DNA from: Felis catus
Lineage: Eukaryota
Assembly: GCF_018350175.1 (NCBI RefSeq)
Contig: NC_058368.1
Coordinates: 116,128,001 to 116,192,000 of the forward strand
Direction of reading: 5' to 3'
DNA: 64,000 nt
Below are positions 36,225 to 50,539 of the stretch, piece by piece; position 1 is the first letter of the stretch, and each line of letters starts with the position of its first letter. A program made the position numbers and the translations under genes. The notes under the pieces are model-generated. The model saw only the letters and a list, made by a program, of their open reading frames with translations. It did no database searches and had not been told where the DNA came from.

Positions 36225-38115
36225 CCTTACAATTCAACAAAAAGATGGACCCAATTAAAAAATGGGCAAAGGACTTGAACAGACATTTCTTCAAAAAAGA
36301 TATGGGGGGGGGGGGGGGCACCTGGGTGGCTCAGTCAGTTGGGCGTCCGGCTTCGGCTCAGGTCATGATCTCACAGTTGGTGGGTTCGAGCCCCGTGTCA
36401 GGCTCTGTGCTGACAGCTCAGAGCTTGAAGCCTCCTTCAAATTCTCTGTCTCCTCCTCTCTCTGCCCCTCCCATGCTCATGCTCTGTCTCACTCTGTCTC
36501 TCAATAATAAATAAACGTAAAAAATAATAATAAAAAAAAAAAAAGATATATGAGGAGCACCTGGGTGGCTCAGTTGGTTAAGCGTCCGACCTCAGCTCGG
36601 GTCATGATCTCGCAGTTCGTAAGTTGGAGCCCCGCATCGGGCTCTGTGCTGACAGCTCAGAACCTGGAGCCTGCTTTGGATTCTGTGTCTCGCTCTCTCT
36701 CTCTGCCCCTCCCCTGCTCATGCTCTGTCTCTCTCTGTCTCGAAAATAAATAAAACATTTAAAAAAATTAAAAAAAAAAGATATATGAATGACCAATAAG
36801 CACATGAAGAGATATTCAACCTCATCAGTCCTTAGGAAAATGCAAGTAAAAACCACGATGAGATACCAATTTTAATGTTTTATTGGGGGGGGGGGGGCGC
36901 AGAGAGAGGGAGACACAGAATCTGAAGCAGACTCCAGGCTCTGAACTGTCAGCACAGAGCCTGATGTGGGGTTCGAACTCACAAACTGTGAAATATGACC
37001 TAAGCAGAAGTCAGATGCTTAACCAACTGAGCCACCCAGGCACCCCAATGAGATACCACTTTACACCTACTAGGATAACTCTAATCAAAACCAGAAAACA
37101 GATGCTGGCAAAGATGTAGAGATATTAGAACTCGCATATACTGCTGATGGGAATGTAAAATGATGCAGCGGCTGTAGCAAACAGTCTGGCAGTTTCTTAA
37201 GAAGTTAAAAGATAAAACTGCCACATGACCTAGCAATTCCACTCCTAGGCATGTACTCAAGAGAAATGAAAACAGGTATTCAAACAAAAATATTCACAAT
37301 AGCTCAAAACTGGAAACAACCCAAGAGCCCATCAGTTGAAAAAATGTGACACCCATACAAGGGAATACTGTGCAGCCGTCAAAAGGAATGAAGATGTGAA
37401 CCTTGAAAACATGGAGTGGCAGCACCTGGGTGGCTCAGTCAGTTAACCGTTCTAGTCTTGATTTTGGCTCAGGTCATGATCTCCTCATGATCTCACCGTT
37501 GTGGGTTCAAGCACCGCCTAAGGCTCTGCACTGACAGTGCCAAGCCTGCTTGGGATTTTCTCTCTCTCTCTCTCTGTCCCTCCCTGGCTCGTGCTTTCTC
37601 TCTCTAAAAATAAATAAACAAGAAAGAAAAAAAAGGGGGCACCTGGGTGACTCAGTCGGTTGAGCTTCTGACTTCAGCCCAAGTCATGATCTCACGGTCC
37701 GTGAGTTCGAGCCCTGCGTTGGGCTCTGTGCTGACAGTTCAGAGCCTGCTTCAGATTCTGTGTTTCCCCCTCTCTCTGACCCTCCCCCATTCACACTCTG
37801 TCTCTCTCTGTCTCAAATAAACAAACATTTTAAAAAAAGAGAAAAAAGAAAAGATCGAGCTAAGTGGGAAAAGGCAAATACTGAAAGCCACATGCTGTGT
37901 GATCCATTTATATGAACATCCAGAATAGGCAAATCTATACAGACAGACAACAGATTAAACTCCCCAAGTGCTGAGGGAGACGGGAAAAGGACGACTACTT
38001 AATGGATAAGAGGTTTCTTTTGGAGGTGATGAAAATGTTCTGGAATCAGACAGTGGGCATGGTTGCACAACACTGTGCATTTTATGTTATGTGAACTTTA
38101 TTTCAATTAAAACTA
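36225..38115 (+). mobile_element. L1 3' portion with five nested CanSINEs (36313-36545, 36553-36780, 36870-37046 minus, 37418-37630, 37635-37850)
   Basis: cccaattaaaaaatgggcaaaggacttgaacagacatttc, gggaatgtaaaatg, gcaattccactcctagg, ggtgatgaaaatgttctggaat; SINE bodies evident. Confidence 0.88.
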
Positions 38116-38190
38116 AAAATTCCTAGTCTTCTCAAAATGCTATTCCACAAAGAGAAAAAACAGGACACTGTATTTAAAAACAGGCATGGC

Positions 38191-38455
38191 AGGATGCTTG
38201 AGTGGCTCAGTCAGTTGAGCATCCAACTCAATTTTGGCTCAGGTCAAGATCCCAGGGTTGTGGGACTGAATGCCAGATAAAGCTCCACACTGAGCGTGGA
38301 CCCTGCTTAAGATTCTCTCTCTCACTCCCTCTCCCTACCTCTCTCTGCCCTTGTCCCTCACTCACATGCATTCTCCCTCTCTAAAATAAAAATTACCAAA
38401 AAACAAAAAACAAAAAACAAAAACAAAAATGAAAAACAACAAAGAAAACAAAAAA
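38191..38455 (+). mobile_element. CanSINE with TSD aaaaacaggcatgg
   Basis: SINE body, (CAAAA)n tail and duplicated flank. Confidence 0.85.
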
Positions 38456-39689
38456 CAGGCATGGTAAGGCAAGTTCCTAATGAACTACTGTCACAGTAAA
38501 TCAGTATTTACTCCACACAAAAACTCAGAGTAAAACTCAGAGTAACACACACAAACTGAGCACGGTAAAATAAACTGATGTATTAATTTGTGAAAACTAA
38601 CTTTAATGTTATTAGCGGAAGCAGTAAACATTTAATGATTTAATAAGGTACTCTTGGAGAGCCAATGAACAAACAAGGGTAAGGAAACTGCTACGTGATC
38701 ACTTTACTACTTTCCAATCGAAGAGCATATTTATACAACTAAAAAAATAGAGATATGGCAACCGGAAACCCATAAAAGGAACAGGAGACAGTGAAAACAA
38801 GCAAGAGCTCAAAGCCACCGTAAGCACAGATTAATGACTCAGAGACTCCTCCTTTGCTGATTTGTATAGGTCAGCAGAGGGCAGAACTGGAGAACTACAA
38901 CTACACTCCAGTATCAAAGAACTATTTATAAAGCTTTTCCAAAAAACTGGCTTTCTTTTCATTAAGAAAGAGAAAAGGGAAACTAATAGTTATACCTCTC
39001 AGTATCACCAAGGAATTACTGTTATTGAACTCTAAGCTATACCCCTAGATCAGACAAGCAACCTAGGATCTTTGCTCCCATTGCTCGGAGTGTTCTGAAG
39101 GGCACGGAGAGGTTAGCTCACACCACCCAGTGATACTTCTCCATCCGGGGTGATCCATGAGCTCATACCATGATGGAATTACTCTACAGACCAGACGTCA
39201 CAGCTGCCACTTGTCCCAACTCCACACACACCCAAGTTACCATGGAACTGGTACAAACAGAATGGAGTTTAATATGCTGTTAGCTCTGATGTAAGTAGCT
39301 GACATAACACCAATTAAGTTCATAATGACACTAGAATAATAAAAGAGCACTTGGCACACTTCTCTTTGCAAACATGATTTAAGGAGTGGTTTTCATTTTT
39401 CCCTTTCTTCAATTTCCAGATGCTAGGTCACTAAGAAGCCACTTACAATCTTTTAGCTCAAAGAGTTGGGGTTTGGGGGTTTTTTCCTAAGAAAAGAACC
39501 ACTAATATTAGAAGGCCCAGCTACTAGGAATATCCAATTATGATACAGGAACCCCCATTTTTTTCAGAGCATAAATGAATAATACTGTGGGTGGAATCTA
39601 AAATCTGGAATCCTGCGTTCCCACTCATCTTCCTCTCTTTCCCTGACCAGTTCTGGTTCTGGCTCTGTGCAGGATATCTGATCTCCATT

Positions 39690-39938
39690 TCTTTTCTTTT
39701 TTCTTTTCTCTTATCTTCTTTTCTTTAATGTTTACTTATTTTAAGAGAGAGAAGAGTGCATGCATATGGGCACATGAGCACAGGAGGGGCAGAGAGAGCG
39801 GAGAGAGAGAATCCTAAGCAGGCTCCATGCTGTCACCACAGAGCCCAACATGGGGTTCAGTCCCACAAACTACGAGATAATGACCTGAGCCAAAATCAAG
39901 AGCCAAACACTCAACTGACTGAGCCACCCAGGCGCCCC
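39690..39938 (-). mobile_element. CanSINE with TSD tgatctccatttct
   Basis: Antisense SINE body and duplicated flank. Confidence 0.88.
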
Positions 39939-40925
39939 TGATCTCCATTTCTAAAACATGGGCAGAGGCCATGAAATTTATGAGATGGCTTCACCAGAGA
40001 ATCCATGACCATTAGAAAAAGAGGGCAGCAGACATCACTAACCTGCTGGTACTTGCATTCTTGAGCCCATCAACTAACCCTACCAATGGCTGTATTTATG
40101 CTATACATGGAAGAAGTCCCTGGGCCCTTTGCCCACACTTTCAGGGTATATACTTAAGTTATAGACCGTGGGTTTTTGCATATAATACAGAAAGTTATTT
40201 GTTATTATAAATACCCTACAGCAGTTTAAATGAGTGAACTACATATATTAATGTGGGGAGAGCTCAAAAAAAAAAAAAAGGTTACTGAGAGATAGCAACA
40301 ATATGATGTCACTTGTTAACTACAAGATGCCATAAAACATGGGATGGAAAGAGAACACACCAAAAACCTGATAGTAGTTGCTTCCGGTGAATACGAATAA
40401 AGTTGAGGTGGGGTTGGAAGGGAAGTTACAAAGGAGATTTCAATTTCATTAGTATTACAATGAACATTTGTTCGTTCTGGGTAGTGAGTACACAGGTGTT
40501 TGTTAAGTTAGCTTTGTACATTTGTATGTCTTTATTATTTTCCAAATTAAAAAAAAACCTTTATCTTATAAGCATTTGGTGGCAATATGCTCAATTGATA
40601 AGCAGCTACTGAGCATCCAACATATGCAAACAACAAATCTTGTATTTATTATTTGCTGTGTACAGGCAGTGTCCAGTGATTTACAAGTATTATGTTAAAA
40701 GGTAGGTATTTGGTGGGGGTTGGAGGGTGCTTGGCTGGCGCAGTGGGTCAAACACGTGACTCCCGATCTCAGGGTCATGAGTTCAAGTCTCATGCTGGGT
40801 ACAGAGATTACAAAAAAAAAAAAAGTAGGTGTTTTTTAAGGGAGAAATGCTTATCCTCCTAACCTCCAGTATTCGTCAGCTATAGCAGTAGCCTCTCTAC
40901 CCTCAGGAAAACTAATGGTTTTTCT

Positions 40926-41424
40926 TTTTCTTTTATAATTTTTTTTAACTTACATCCAAATTAGTTAGCATATAGTGCAACAATGATTTCAGGAGTAGAT
41001 TCCTTAACGCCCCTTAGGCATTTAACCCATCCCCCCTCCCACAACCCCTCCAGTAACCCTGTTTGTTCTCCATATTTAAGAGTCTCGTGTTTTGTCCCAT
41101 TTTTACATTTTTATATTTATATTTTTACTTTTGCTTCCATTCCCTTGTGTTCATCTGTTCTGTGTCTTGAAGTCCTCATATGAGTGAAGTCATTTGATAG
41201 TTGTCTTTCTCTGACTAATTTCACTTAGCATCACACCCTCTAGTTCCATGCACGTAGTTGCAAATGGCAAGAATTCATTCTTTTTGATTGCTGAGTAATA
41301 CTTCATTGTATGTATTTATTTACCACATCTTCTTTATCCATTCTTCCATCGATGGACATTTGGGCTCTTTCCATACTTTGGCTATTGTTGATAGTGCTGC
41401 TGTACACATTGGGGTGCATGTAAC
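40926..41424 (-). mobile_element. 5'-truncated carnivore L1 (3'UTR) with 15-bp TSD
   Basis: Same 3' end as the copies at ~10820 and ~14270 (ttagcatatagtgcaacaatgatttcaggagta); TSD acta(a/g)tggtttttct at 40911-40925 and 41425-41439. Confidence 0.88.
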
Positions 41425-43339
41425 ACTAGTGGTTTTTCTGATTGGCATGTTTGGGCAAAGGCAATGTTGCTTAGCTTCTTTTGCTCTACCAGCATCTGCC
41501 TGCTTGCAAAAGGTACACAATCTGCCTAACTTCAGTTGGTTCCAAACTTAGGCAGATAATAAAGGGATTATTTATTGTTCCTCTCCATCAACACCATTGT
41601 TGCTATTTTACAGAAGAGCATATTTAGGTTTATAGAAGCTAATTTACCCAATGTGGTGAGTGGCAGAGCTGAAGTTCAAATTCATACTCATCTGATTTCA
41701 GAGTTCATACCCTTAATTATTATGCCAAGGCATTATGCTACACATATCCGAGCAAAGAAAAAAAGTACCTACCACTTGCTAAGAATCTTGAGATGAACTA
41801 AAACAAAATATTCTCAAGGTTCAAGTTTTTCTTAGTATATCCTGAAAGAGGGTAGGAAAGTGCACAAATTTGTGTGTGTGCATATATGAGAGTGTGTATG
41901 GGGAATAGGGAAGGTACTAGTTATTAGGAAACTTCAAAACTAGTTCAAAATTAGTAGGCATGTTTGCTTTCACTCATGTTAAGTACCCACCTCCCTCAAA
42001 TATTACTCAACATAGCAGGGTTTCTTATCTCCTGTGCTCTAAATGAACTGTGTTCAACCACTCCCTGCAGTATAGGCCCATGGACAGAGGGCTCAGCTCT
42101 AAGCCTAATCTGACGTCAGCCTCTACCTTTTGCAAACCCTCCCCAAGTAACAAACCTGCTTCCCTCAGCAGACCAGGCTTGCCCAGCTCCAAGGTCAGTA
42201 CTAGTAAGAGAAGGCCAAAAAGCATTTGCAACTCAAGTCTAACTGAGTTGACAGCTCCTGCTGCCACCACAAAACCAAGGGTCTGAACAGTCTCCTTGTC
42301 TCAGCATGGGCTTGCCCATGTGGGCGTTCACTTAGTTCTTTGGACTCACACTACACACTGTCTACACCTCTGGTAAGAGCTTTACATCCTGGTGCAGTGC
42401 CCTCGGGCTCAGTCCATGAAACTCATTCTTTCTCTAGCTACCTCTTCTCCTTAGTTGACCTAATCCAGCTCGGTAACTTTAAATGCCACCTATAATAGAT
42501 AATTCAAATTATATTTCACTAGCCTAGAGTTCCAGATTCATATATTCAACTATCTATTCAGTATCTCCACCTGCGTATCACAAACCAAACTTTCAATTTG
42601 CTTTTAAAATTACTTCTGAGGGACGACTGGGTGGCTCAGTCAGGTGGGTGTCTGACTTCAGCTCAGGTCATGATCTCATGGCCCGTGGGTTCAAGCCCTG
42701 CATCAGGCTCTATGCTGACAGCTCAGAGCCTGGAGCCTGCTTCAGATTCTGTGTCCCCCTCCCTCTCTGTCCCTCCCCCGCTCACACTCTCTCTCAAAAA
42801 TAAACATTAGGGAGATTTAAAAAATAGTAAAATTACTTTTGAAACTTGAAGCTCAACTAGGAAACAATGACCAATGAACTACCAATAGCACATCTGTTCC
42901 CATAAACATATGCAATCTCTGTGGAGCCCAGCACACATGGAATGTTGTGTGGAAACCACACTAAATGAAGAGCACTGGCACTGGGAATAACTACTTGCCC
43001 AGAACAAGTAGTACTTACACAAAGTGAGCAGAAACAATGCAGATTTCATTCATTTTAGCCTTAACACTTTTCTCTTAAACCTCTCCAGCCTCATTTCTCA
43101 CTCCAACCTCCTTTACCACTCCACTCCCAGACTTTCGTTCCCATGATTTCCTTTATCTGAAATGCTCTCTCCTGTGCCCCAGCCCTACATCAAGCAAAAT
43201 TCTAACTGACCTTCAAGGCCCAGGTGAAATGACCCCTCTCCCATGAACCCATTCCAGATCTCTCCAAGAGGAGAATGAGTGATACATGGGGAGGAAGAAG
43301 GGTCCAAAACTTCAGTCCTCTCTTCCATCCCTACACCCA

Positions 43340-44265
43340 ATTGTCTTTGGCACTACCTTAAAATATATTCAGTCTGACCACCTCCTCTAGCACTGCACCC
43401 TGGTCCAAGCCACCATCAATCTCTCCCCTGGATAATTCAACAGCCTCTTAACAGATCTTCTTGCTTCCACCCTTGCCCCCTATACTCTACTTTCAATATA
43501 GCACCCAGTCTGGTCCTTTTAAAATATGAATCAAGGGGTGCCTGGGTGTCTCAAATGATTAAGCACCCAACTCTTGATTTTGGCTCAGGTCATCATCATC
43601 TCACAGTTGTGAGAATGAGCCCCGCACAGGGCATGGAACCCTGAGATTCTCTCTCTCCTTCTCTCTCTGGCCCTCCCCGGCTCATGCGCTCTCAAGAAAC
43701 AAACAAAAATGAAAAGCAGTATGAATCAGATCATGTCACTCATCTGTTCAAAACCACCCAAAACTCCCAATTCCAGAGCATAATCCAAAACCTTTAATAT
43801 GGCCTGCAAGTCCTATGTAATCTACTTCTCAACCACTCCCTGATTTCTTCTAATATTCTCTACCTCACTCAGCTCCAAATGAACTGGCCTCTGTGCTATT
43901 CTTCCAAATCATCAATTACAACCTCACCTTCGGGTTTTTACACTTTCTGGCCCCTCTGCTTGAAAGCCTCTTTCCCAGATGTACACATAGCTTGCTCTCT
44001 CACTCCCTTCAGGCTTCTGCTCAAGTATCACCTTATAAGTAAAACCTTCCCAATCAACACTATATAAAATAGCTTATACACTCCCATCATTCTCCGTCTC
44101 CTGACTCCATGTTATTTTTCTGTTTAGCATTTATAAATTATACTGTTTATTATCTGTTGCTCCCTCCCTTTCTCCAAAATATAAGCTCCATGCTCATCAG
44201 GGTCTTTGCTAATTTTGTCTTCGTTGCATTTAACAGTGCAAGGCATATATTAAGTACAAGAGACT
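43340..44265 (+). mobile_element. L2 relic with a nested CanSINE (~43535-43712)
   Basis: ctggtccaagccaccatca, tcagatcatgtcact and aatataagctccatg L2 motifs. Confidence 0.78.
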
Positions 44266-45829
44266 GTGTCCCTTAATGTATGAAAGTAAGAACAAAAAGC
44301 CTCCACAGTTAGACATACCCCAAAGTACCATGTATAATCAAGATACTCAGCAAACACTTAATAATCCTTGTTTTAAAATATGCATATACTTCTTCTGACT
44401 TAACAACTATGACTGGCCAAAGCCTTACAAATCCAGGAATTGCTTACTCCTCCCAAAGGAATCAGTTTTAAATCAGCTCAACCTCTGATATGAAAAGCAT
44501 CTAAGTTTAAAATTTAGTCAGTTGTGGGGTGCCTGATTGGCTCAGTGGGTTAAGCATCCGACTCTTGGTTTCAGCTCAGGTCACATCTTGCAGTTCGTGG
44601 GTTTGAGTCCCACAGCAGGCTCCACACTGACAGTGCAGAGCCTGCTTGGAATTCTCTCTGCTCCTACCCTGCTCATGCTCTCTCTCTCTCAAAATGAATA
44701 AACTTTAAAAAAATAAAAAACAAAAGTTTATTCAATTGATACTTCAGATTTTTGTTTGAAATTTGAACTAGTTTAAGGCTTCAACTGTACAATCAGAAGC
44801 TCCTTCTTTCTCATGTTTTTTATCGCCACCTATCTAAAGACAGCAGAGAGTATGCATGAATAAAGGCTTTGAATATGAACTCCAAAGAAAGCCCAGTTCT
44901 GAGCAGAAAGTGAAGTTTTTCTTTACAAATTTCAAGAGCTGATTAAACTCAACTACAAATTACACCTGTTTTGTGCTACTTGTAAAGATTTAAAGCACTG
45001 CCAGTTATGTCACTCCACATGAATCACAAGACTTAATCATATATATAGCACAGATAGTCGTTAAGACTGTGTTCTACATTATGTATTTGAGAACCTTTAG
45101 TTCAGTTAAAATCATGAATTCACTAAATTAGGGAGTATGGCAGGTTGGTGACTTAAGAAATGTCTAAAAGTAAGCATTCTCCTGGGCGCCTGGGTGCGTC
45201 TGACTTTGGCTCAGTTCATGATCTCACTGTTCGTGAGTTTGAGCCCCACATCGGGCTCACTGCTGTCGGCACAGAGCCCACTTCAGATCCTTGGTCCCCC
45301 CCCGCCCCTCCCCCACTCACACTCTCGGAAAATGAACATACATACATACATAAATAAGCAAGCATTCCCAAAGCCTGTAGTAGCCAAGTGCACAAATCCC
45401 AAATCTTTAGGTAAACAAACATGAGGATCTTCATTAATACAAACTTTCCCAAGACATTCCCCCCAGCAAAAGAATCTCTAATAAAAGCAATCCATTTCTC
45501 TCTTTGGTGTTTGAAGTGGTCAGGTTCAAACCACCTGCCCCTACTGTCTCCCCTCCCCCCAAAAAAAATTGCACAAAGGAAGGGATGTTGGATAGGACTT
45601 CAGATACAAAAGTAAGTAAGCAACTTAAGAATATAAAAAATCAATAATCCCTCAGGTGGGTTACACAAACTGTAGAATGCCAGCAATATAACTGAAAATC
45701 TGCCCTAGTTTTCATATACTCCACCACTGGTGAATACATAGCAGGAGATAGGAAAGGCATTTAAACCATCCCTTTACGATCAATAGTTTTACAAACAAGT
45801 ACTAGACTGCTATCTCTATAGACCGTTAC

Positions 45830-45895
45830 TTCTATTATAGAAATATTTATTTCTACAGAAATATTTCTACAGAAATAAATATTTCTATAATAGAA
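45830..45895. repeat. 66-bp AT-rich quasi-palindrome
   Basis: Perfect 25-bp arms ttctattatagaaatatttatttct / agaaataaatatttctataatagaa around a palindromic 12-bp core. Confidence 0.95.
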
Positions 45896-48800
45896 ATATT
45901 AGAAAGAAGTGAAGGCACAGAGAGGTCAAAGCCAAATCCAAGTACAGCTTTATGCTGGCACTGTGGGTTAAAATTGCACACAGGTATACTGGAGTCAAAT
46001 GTGTGGTTAATTTCATCAAACAACCTGACTCTCTAAACAGTGCGTTAGGGAAAAGTACTCAACAGAAAGATTTCTTTATTCTCACACTAACTCCCCCATT
46101 TGTAATCACCATTCTCTCCCTCTTACCTTCTCTCACACACTGACTGCATATTTCCACTGTCAAAAGTCACATTTAAAAGACTAGCAAAAGACCACAATCA
46201 CCTAGTTAATCTCTAGCATAACCACTGATCAGAACATGCTCTTTGAGCCCCCCAGCTCTGGTTCTGCACTGTAAATGGATGTGGGTGCGTGAGCCCTATA
46301 GGGCTTGGGAAAGGGAGAGCTCAAACAATGTTCTTGTCAGCACTTTAAACAAAAAATCCATTCAATGAGAATGGCACCATGTTCCTTTTGCCCTTTCTCC
46401 CTAGGAACTAAATTAAACAGATTACAGACAGTGGCAAAAGCTGGCCTTAGAACAGCCTCCCCCTATTTGTTATTTTTAGCAATTTAGTCTGACAACGCCT
46501 GACAACTAAACATGCCTAGAATAGCTAAAGGGAGGGGGGATTATCAGATACTACCAGCAAAAAAACACTAGTCACCACTTCCTCCAACCCTAAGAAAGAA
46601 TAATTTTCCATGTCTTTATAGCATCATCCAGAGTTTGAGCTTTTAGACTCTCATATAAAAACAGACTGTGTAGAAAACATCAGTGGAAACTGATAATGCT
46701 TCCTGATCTAGAGGACTGTTCCACCCTCACGTATGTTTTCTTAAAAACAAAAGCAGAATAAAGTGAAGTAAGTCATTTTACACAAGTTAGGGGTAAAATG
46801 CATCTGTGTCCATTTTGGAAGAATTCCCTCACCAGGTAATTATGTACCCAAAAAATGGTTTCATGAATAATGAAGGAATTCAAATATTTTTATTATGCTG
46901 GTGACAGGTGAAGGACATGTTTGCAAGCAGAACAAGGTGAAGTGGGAGAAATTCTCTAATTAATCAAAATTAGGAAGAAAGCACCACCCGTACCACCTTA
47001 TTTATAAATGAAATAATGTGGTGAAAAATCTCTGAAAAATGAAAAAATAAAAAGGTAAAGTCCCGGGGCACCTGGCTAGCTCAATTAGTGGAGTATGGGA
47101 TTCCTGATCTTGTGAGTTCAAGCCCCACGATGGGTACAGAGATTACTTAAAAACAACACCTTTAAAAAAAAAAAAAAAAGATAATGTCCTAAGCGGTGTA
47201 ACTATCTGCATCAGATTAAAATTCATATAAATACATTTTTTAATATTTAGTAAGATAAAATGTCCATGAACATTGAGGAATTTAATAATTTAAGAACATT
47301 TTCTGAACATTTTTTGCCACTATTCTAAGTAGCATGTATTTTCTAAGACAGTATAGGATAAAAAAAAATACTACAAATGAATAAAATGATGTCTTCCTGG
47401 GTATGTTATTTTATGTTTGTAGAATTAATTCAACTCCATCCAAAAGTATCTCTAAAATGTGTAATGCCTAATATAAACTACCTTAAGCCATCACATTCAC
47501 ATTTGTGACTTCAGTAATTTAAGAAACTGCTATAAAGATATCAAAAGAGATGCTGTTACCTTGTATTACACTTTAACTGGCAAAGCTGTAGGCACACAAC
47601 TACTTTTAGCTTCAAAGAAAAGGATTCCAATTAACTTTATAAATTAAATCTGGACATGAAAGGAAACTGGTGCTTGTTTTGTTTTCCCTCCTTCCATCTT
47701 TTCATTTTAAGGGGGTGTTTTTGCTCCTAAAGTGTCAATTCAGAAAAAGACCAATGTTATAATGATAAACTTAATAGAAGTGATCAGAGATATTGTCTAA
47801 TCCAACACGTTTTACAGATAAGGAAACTGAAGCCTAGAGTACAGCAAGGGCTAGGGGTGCCTGGATGGCTCAGTCAGTTGAACCCCCGACTCTCAATTTC
47901 AGCTCAGGTCATGATCTCACAATTCGTGGGATCAAACCCCAGGTCAGGCTCTGTGCTCTCTCTGCCCCTCCCCCACGGGTGTGAACACAAGCTATTCTCT
48001 CTCTCAAATAAACTAAATTAAAAAAAAAAAAAAAAAGTACAGCAAGGGCTAGAATCCAGAACTCCTCACTCAACAGAAGGTATTTAAATTAAGAATCTGG
48101 GGTAATGAATGCTCTGTTGTAAATCTAGTAGACTTGGAGATCTCAATTTATGGTTCAAGTATCAGTGTGGATCTTGTTCTTTCGAACTGACATGCAGAGT
48201 GCTCATTAATACAGGTGTGGCCTGTCCACACTGAGTATCGAACAACTCACTTCCTCTGTCCAGTATCTGTTACTTCAGTTTAGAGAAGACCTGTGCTGTA
48301 ATAACTGACCAGAATCAGAATGTGAGGCCAAAAAAAAAAGCATACTGATTAACTTCCCCTTACCATCTAGATACAAGAGGAGGGAGGTATGCAATAACAT
48401 GAAAGAAAATTCAAAGTCTACATCATCAAAAGAAATCATTCTCTAGGCAGGCTGAAAGTGACTGCAGGAACTCTCAGGTATGGGAGGGAAGAGGATAAAG
48501 ACAAATATTTATGGTCAGGCACAGAGAAAAGGTAGACGATATAAAAAATAAAGCAGCAAAGCCTGAGGTCAACAATCCTCTGAAGCATTCAAAGGGATAG
48601 TCTGGTGTGGGTACAGACAAATATTCCGAGGAAATCAAGGCACTCTGGGAATGTATCCTAGCAGAAACGATGAACAGAATCAAGATGCAAAAAGCTAAAC
48701 TCAAGGCTAAACGGAACACAAATCCTTTTATCTCATTCATAAAATGAAGACACACGTTATCAGTGAACAGATCAAACCAAAGGGGTATATGTGTAAAATA

Positions 48801-49631
48801 TTTGTGATATATATTTCACAAATAAGAAAGACTGTCTAGTTAAAAGGGCATATCTATTTGAATTGTTCACGTTTAAGTTCTCACCAGAGCTGAAATGCTT
48901 TTTAAGTAAACTCTACTCCCAATGCAGGGCTCAAATTTACAACCCCAAAATCAAGAGTCACATGTTATACCAACTGAGCCAAGTAGGCACCCCTGAGCTG
49001 AAATATTTCTCATAAGGAAGTGAAATGTATCACAGTTTACAACTGGGTAAATATTAACACTTGGAACGTAACACATACACATTGACCAAGGCACTGAAAA
49101 TATTTCTAATAACCAATAAAGAATACTCAACCACAAAAAGAGCATACTGGGCTTTTCCAGACGCATGCCTACTCTTCTCTAAATGCCAAAGAGGAAGATT
49201 ATGCAGCTCCATTAAGCTCTAAGACAACAGGACATAGAGAATATATATATATATAGCTCACTATAAACTCTAGGGCTTCCAACCATCAGGCTCTTTAAGA
49301 TTTAAGTCTTAAATAACTAAAAACTATTTTAAAACAAACATCCATTTTTATAAATGTTGAGAATGCAAATGAACTCTATAAAGAGATAAGTATTCATATC
49401 TGAAATCCCAAAGTATTGGACAGTAAGAGACACTTCACTCAAGACTTCCCAAGTCAAAACACAGAAATGAGATGAGTTTACAAACTAGTATTATTTTTTT
49501 TTTAATTAAAAAAAAAAAAAAGCCACTCAGAGGTGTCTAGTGACCTAGCTACTACAGAAGGTATGAGACACCATCAGGCTAATGTTTACAGTAGAAACAC
49601 TTTTTTTAAATTTTTTTAACATTTATTTGTT

Positions 49632-49697
<66 letters not shown>

Positions 49698-50539
49698 AGG
49701 GAGGGAGGGAGGTCAGGGCAGAGAGAGAGAGGGAGACACAGACTCCGAAGCAGGCTCCAAGCTCTGAGCTGTCAGCATAGAGCATGATGTGGGGCTTGAA
49801 CTCATGAACCATGAGATCATGACCTGAGCTAAAGTCGGATGCTTAATCAACTAAGCCACCCAGGCGCCCCCAGTAGAAACATTTTATACTTCTCTTCAGG
49901 ACTCAAAGTCTCCTGGGTCAGAGTGAGAGAGGACTCTGAAAAAGGGCTCCCTTCAGCAAAAGGCTACAAGATAAACTGTATAAACACTCTATGAGAACTT
50001 GACTTGGTAAGAATAAAAATCGACTGTCTACAAAGATAAATTGTGTTACTTCTACAAAATGGAATACCACATAGCAATGAAAATCAACAAGTCACAATCT
50101 TGAGCAACATGGATGCACTTCACAAATACAATATTGAGCAAAAGGCAAAATATGTATATGGTGATTTTTTTCATATGAAGTTCAAAAAACGAATAAGAGT
50201 AAATTATACTGCTTGGGGGATGTATACATAGGTAGTAAAAATGTATCTAAAAATAAAAGAAAGAAAGAAAAAGGGGCACCTGGGTGACTCAGTCAGGTGA
50301 CGGTCTGACTCTTGGTTTTGGCTCAGGTCATGATCTCACAGTCGTGAAATCAAGCACCGTGTCGCATTTGGCACTGACAGCACAGAGCCTGCTTGGGATT
50401 CTCACCCCCCCACACACACAGTCTCTCTCTCTGTGCCTCCCCCACTCACTCGTGTGTGTTCTCTTCTCTCTCTCTCAAGATAAATAAATTAACATTTTAA
50501 AAAAAGAAATAAAAAGAAAGAATACAATTACACCAAAAT

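Larger units (their letters stand above)
42620..49871. mobile_element. Scattered CanSINEs: 42620-42825(+), 44526-44722(+), 45184-45355(+), 47065-47180(+, short), 47854-48036(+), 48898-48993(-, short), 49602-49871(-)
   Basis: Each has the ggggcgcctgggtggctcagt-like head and an A- or T-rich tail; the span between them is not all repeat. Confidence 0.82.
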
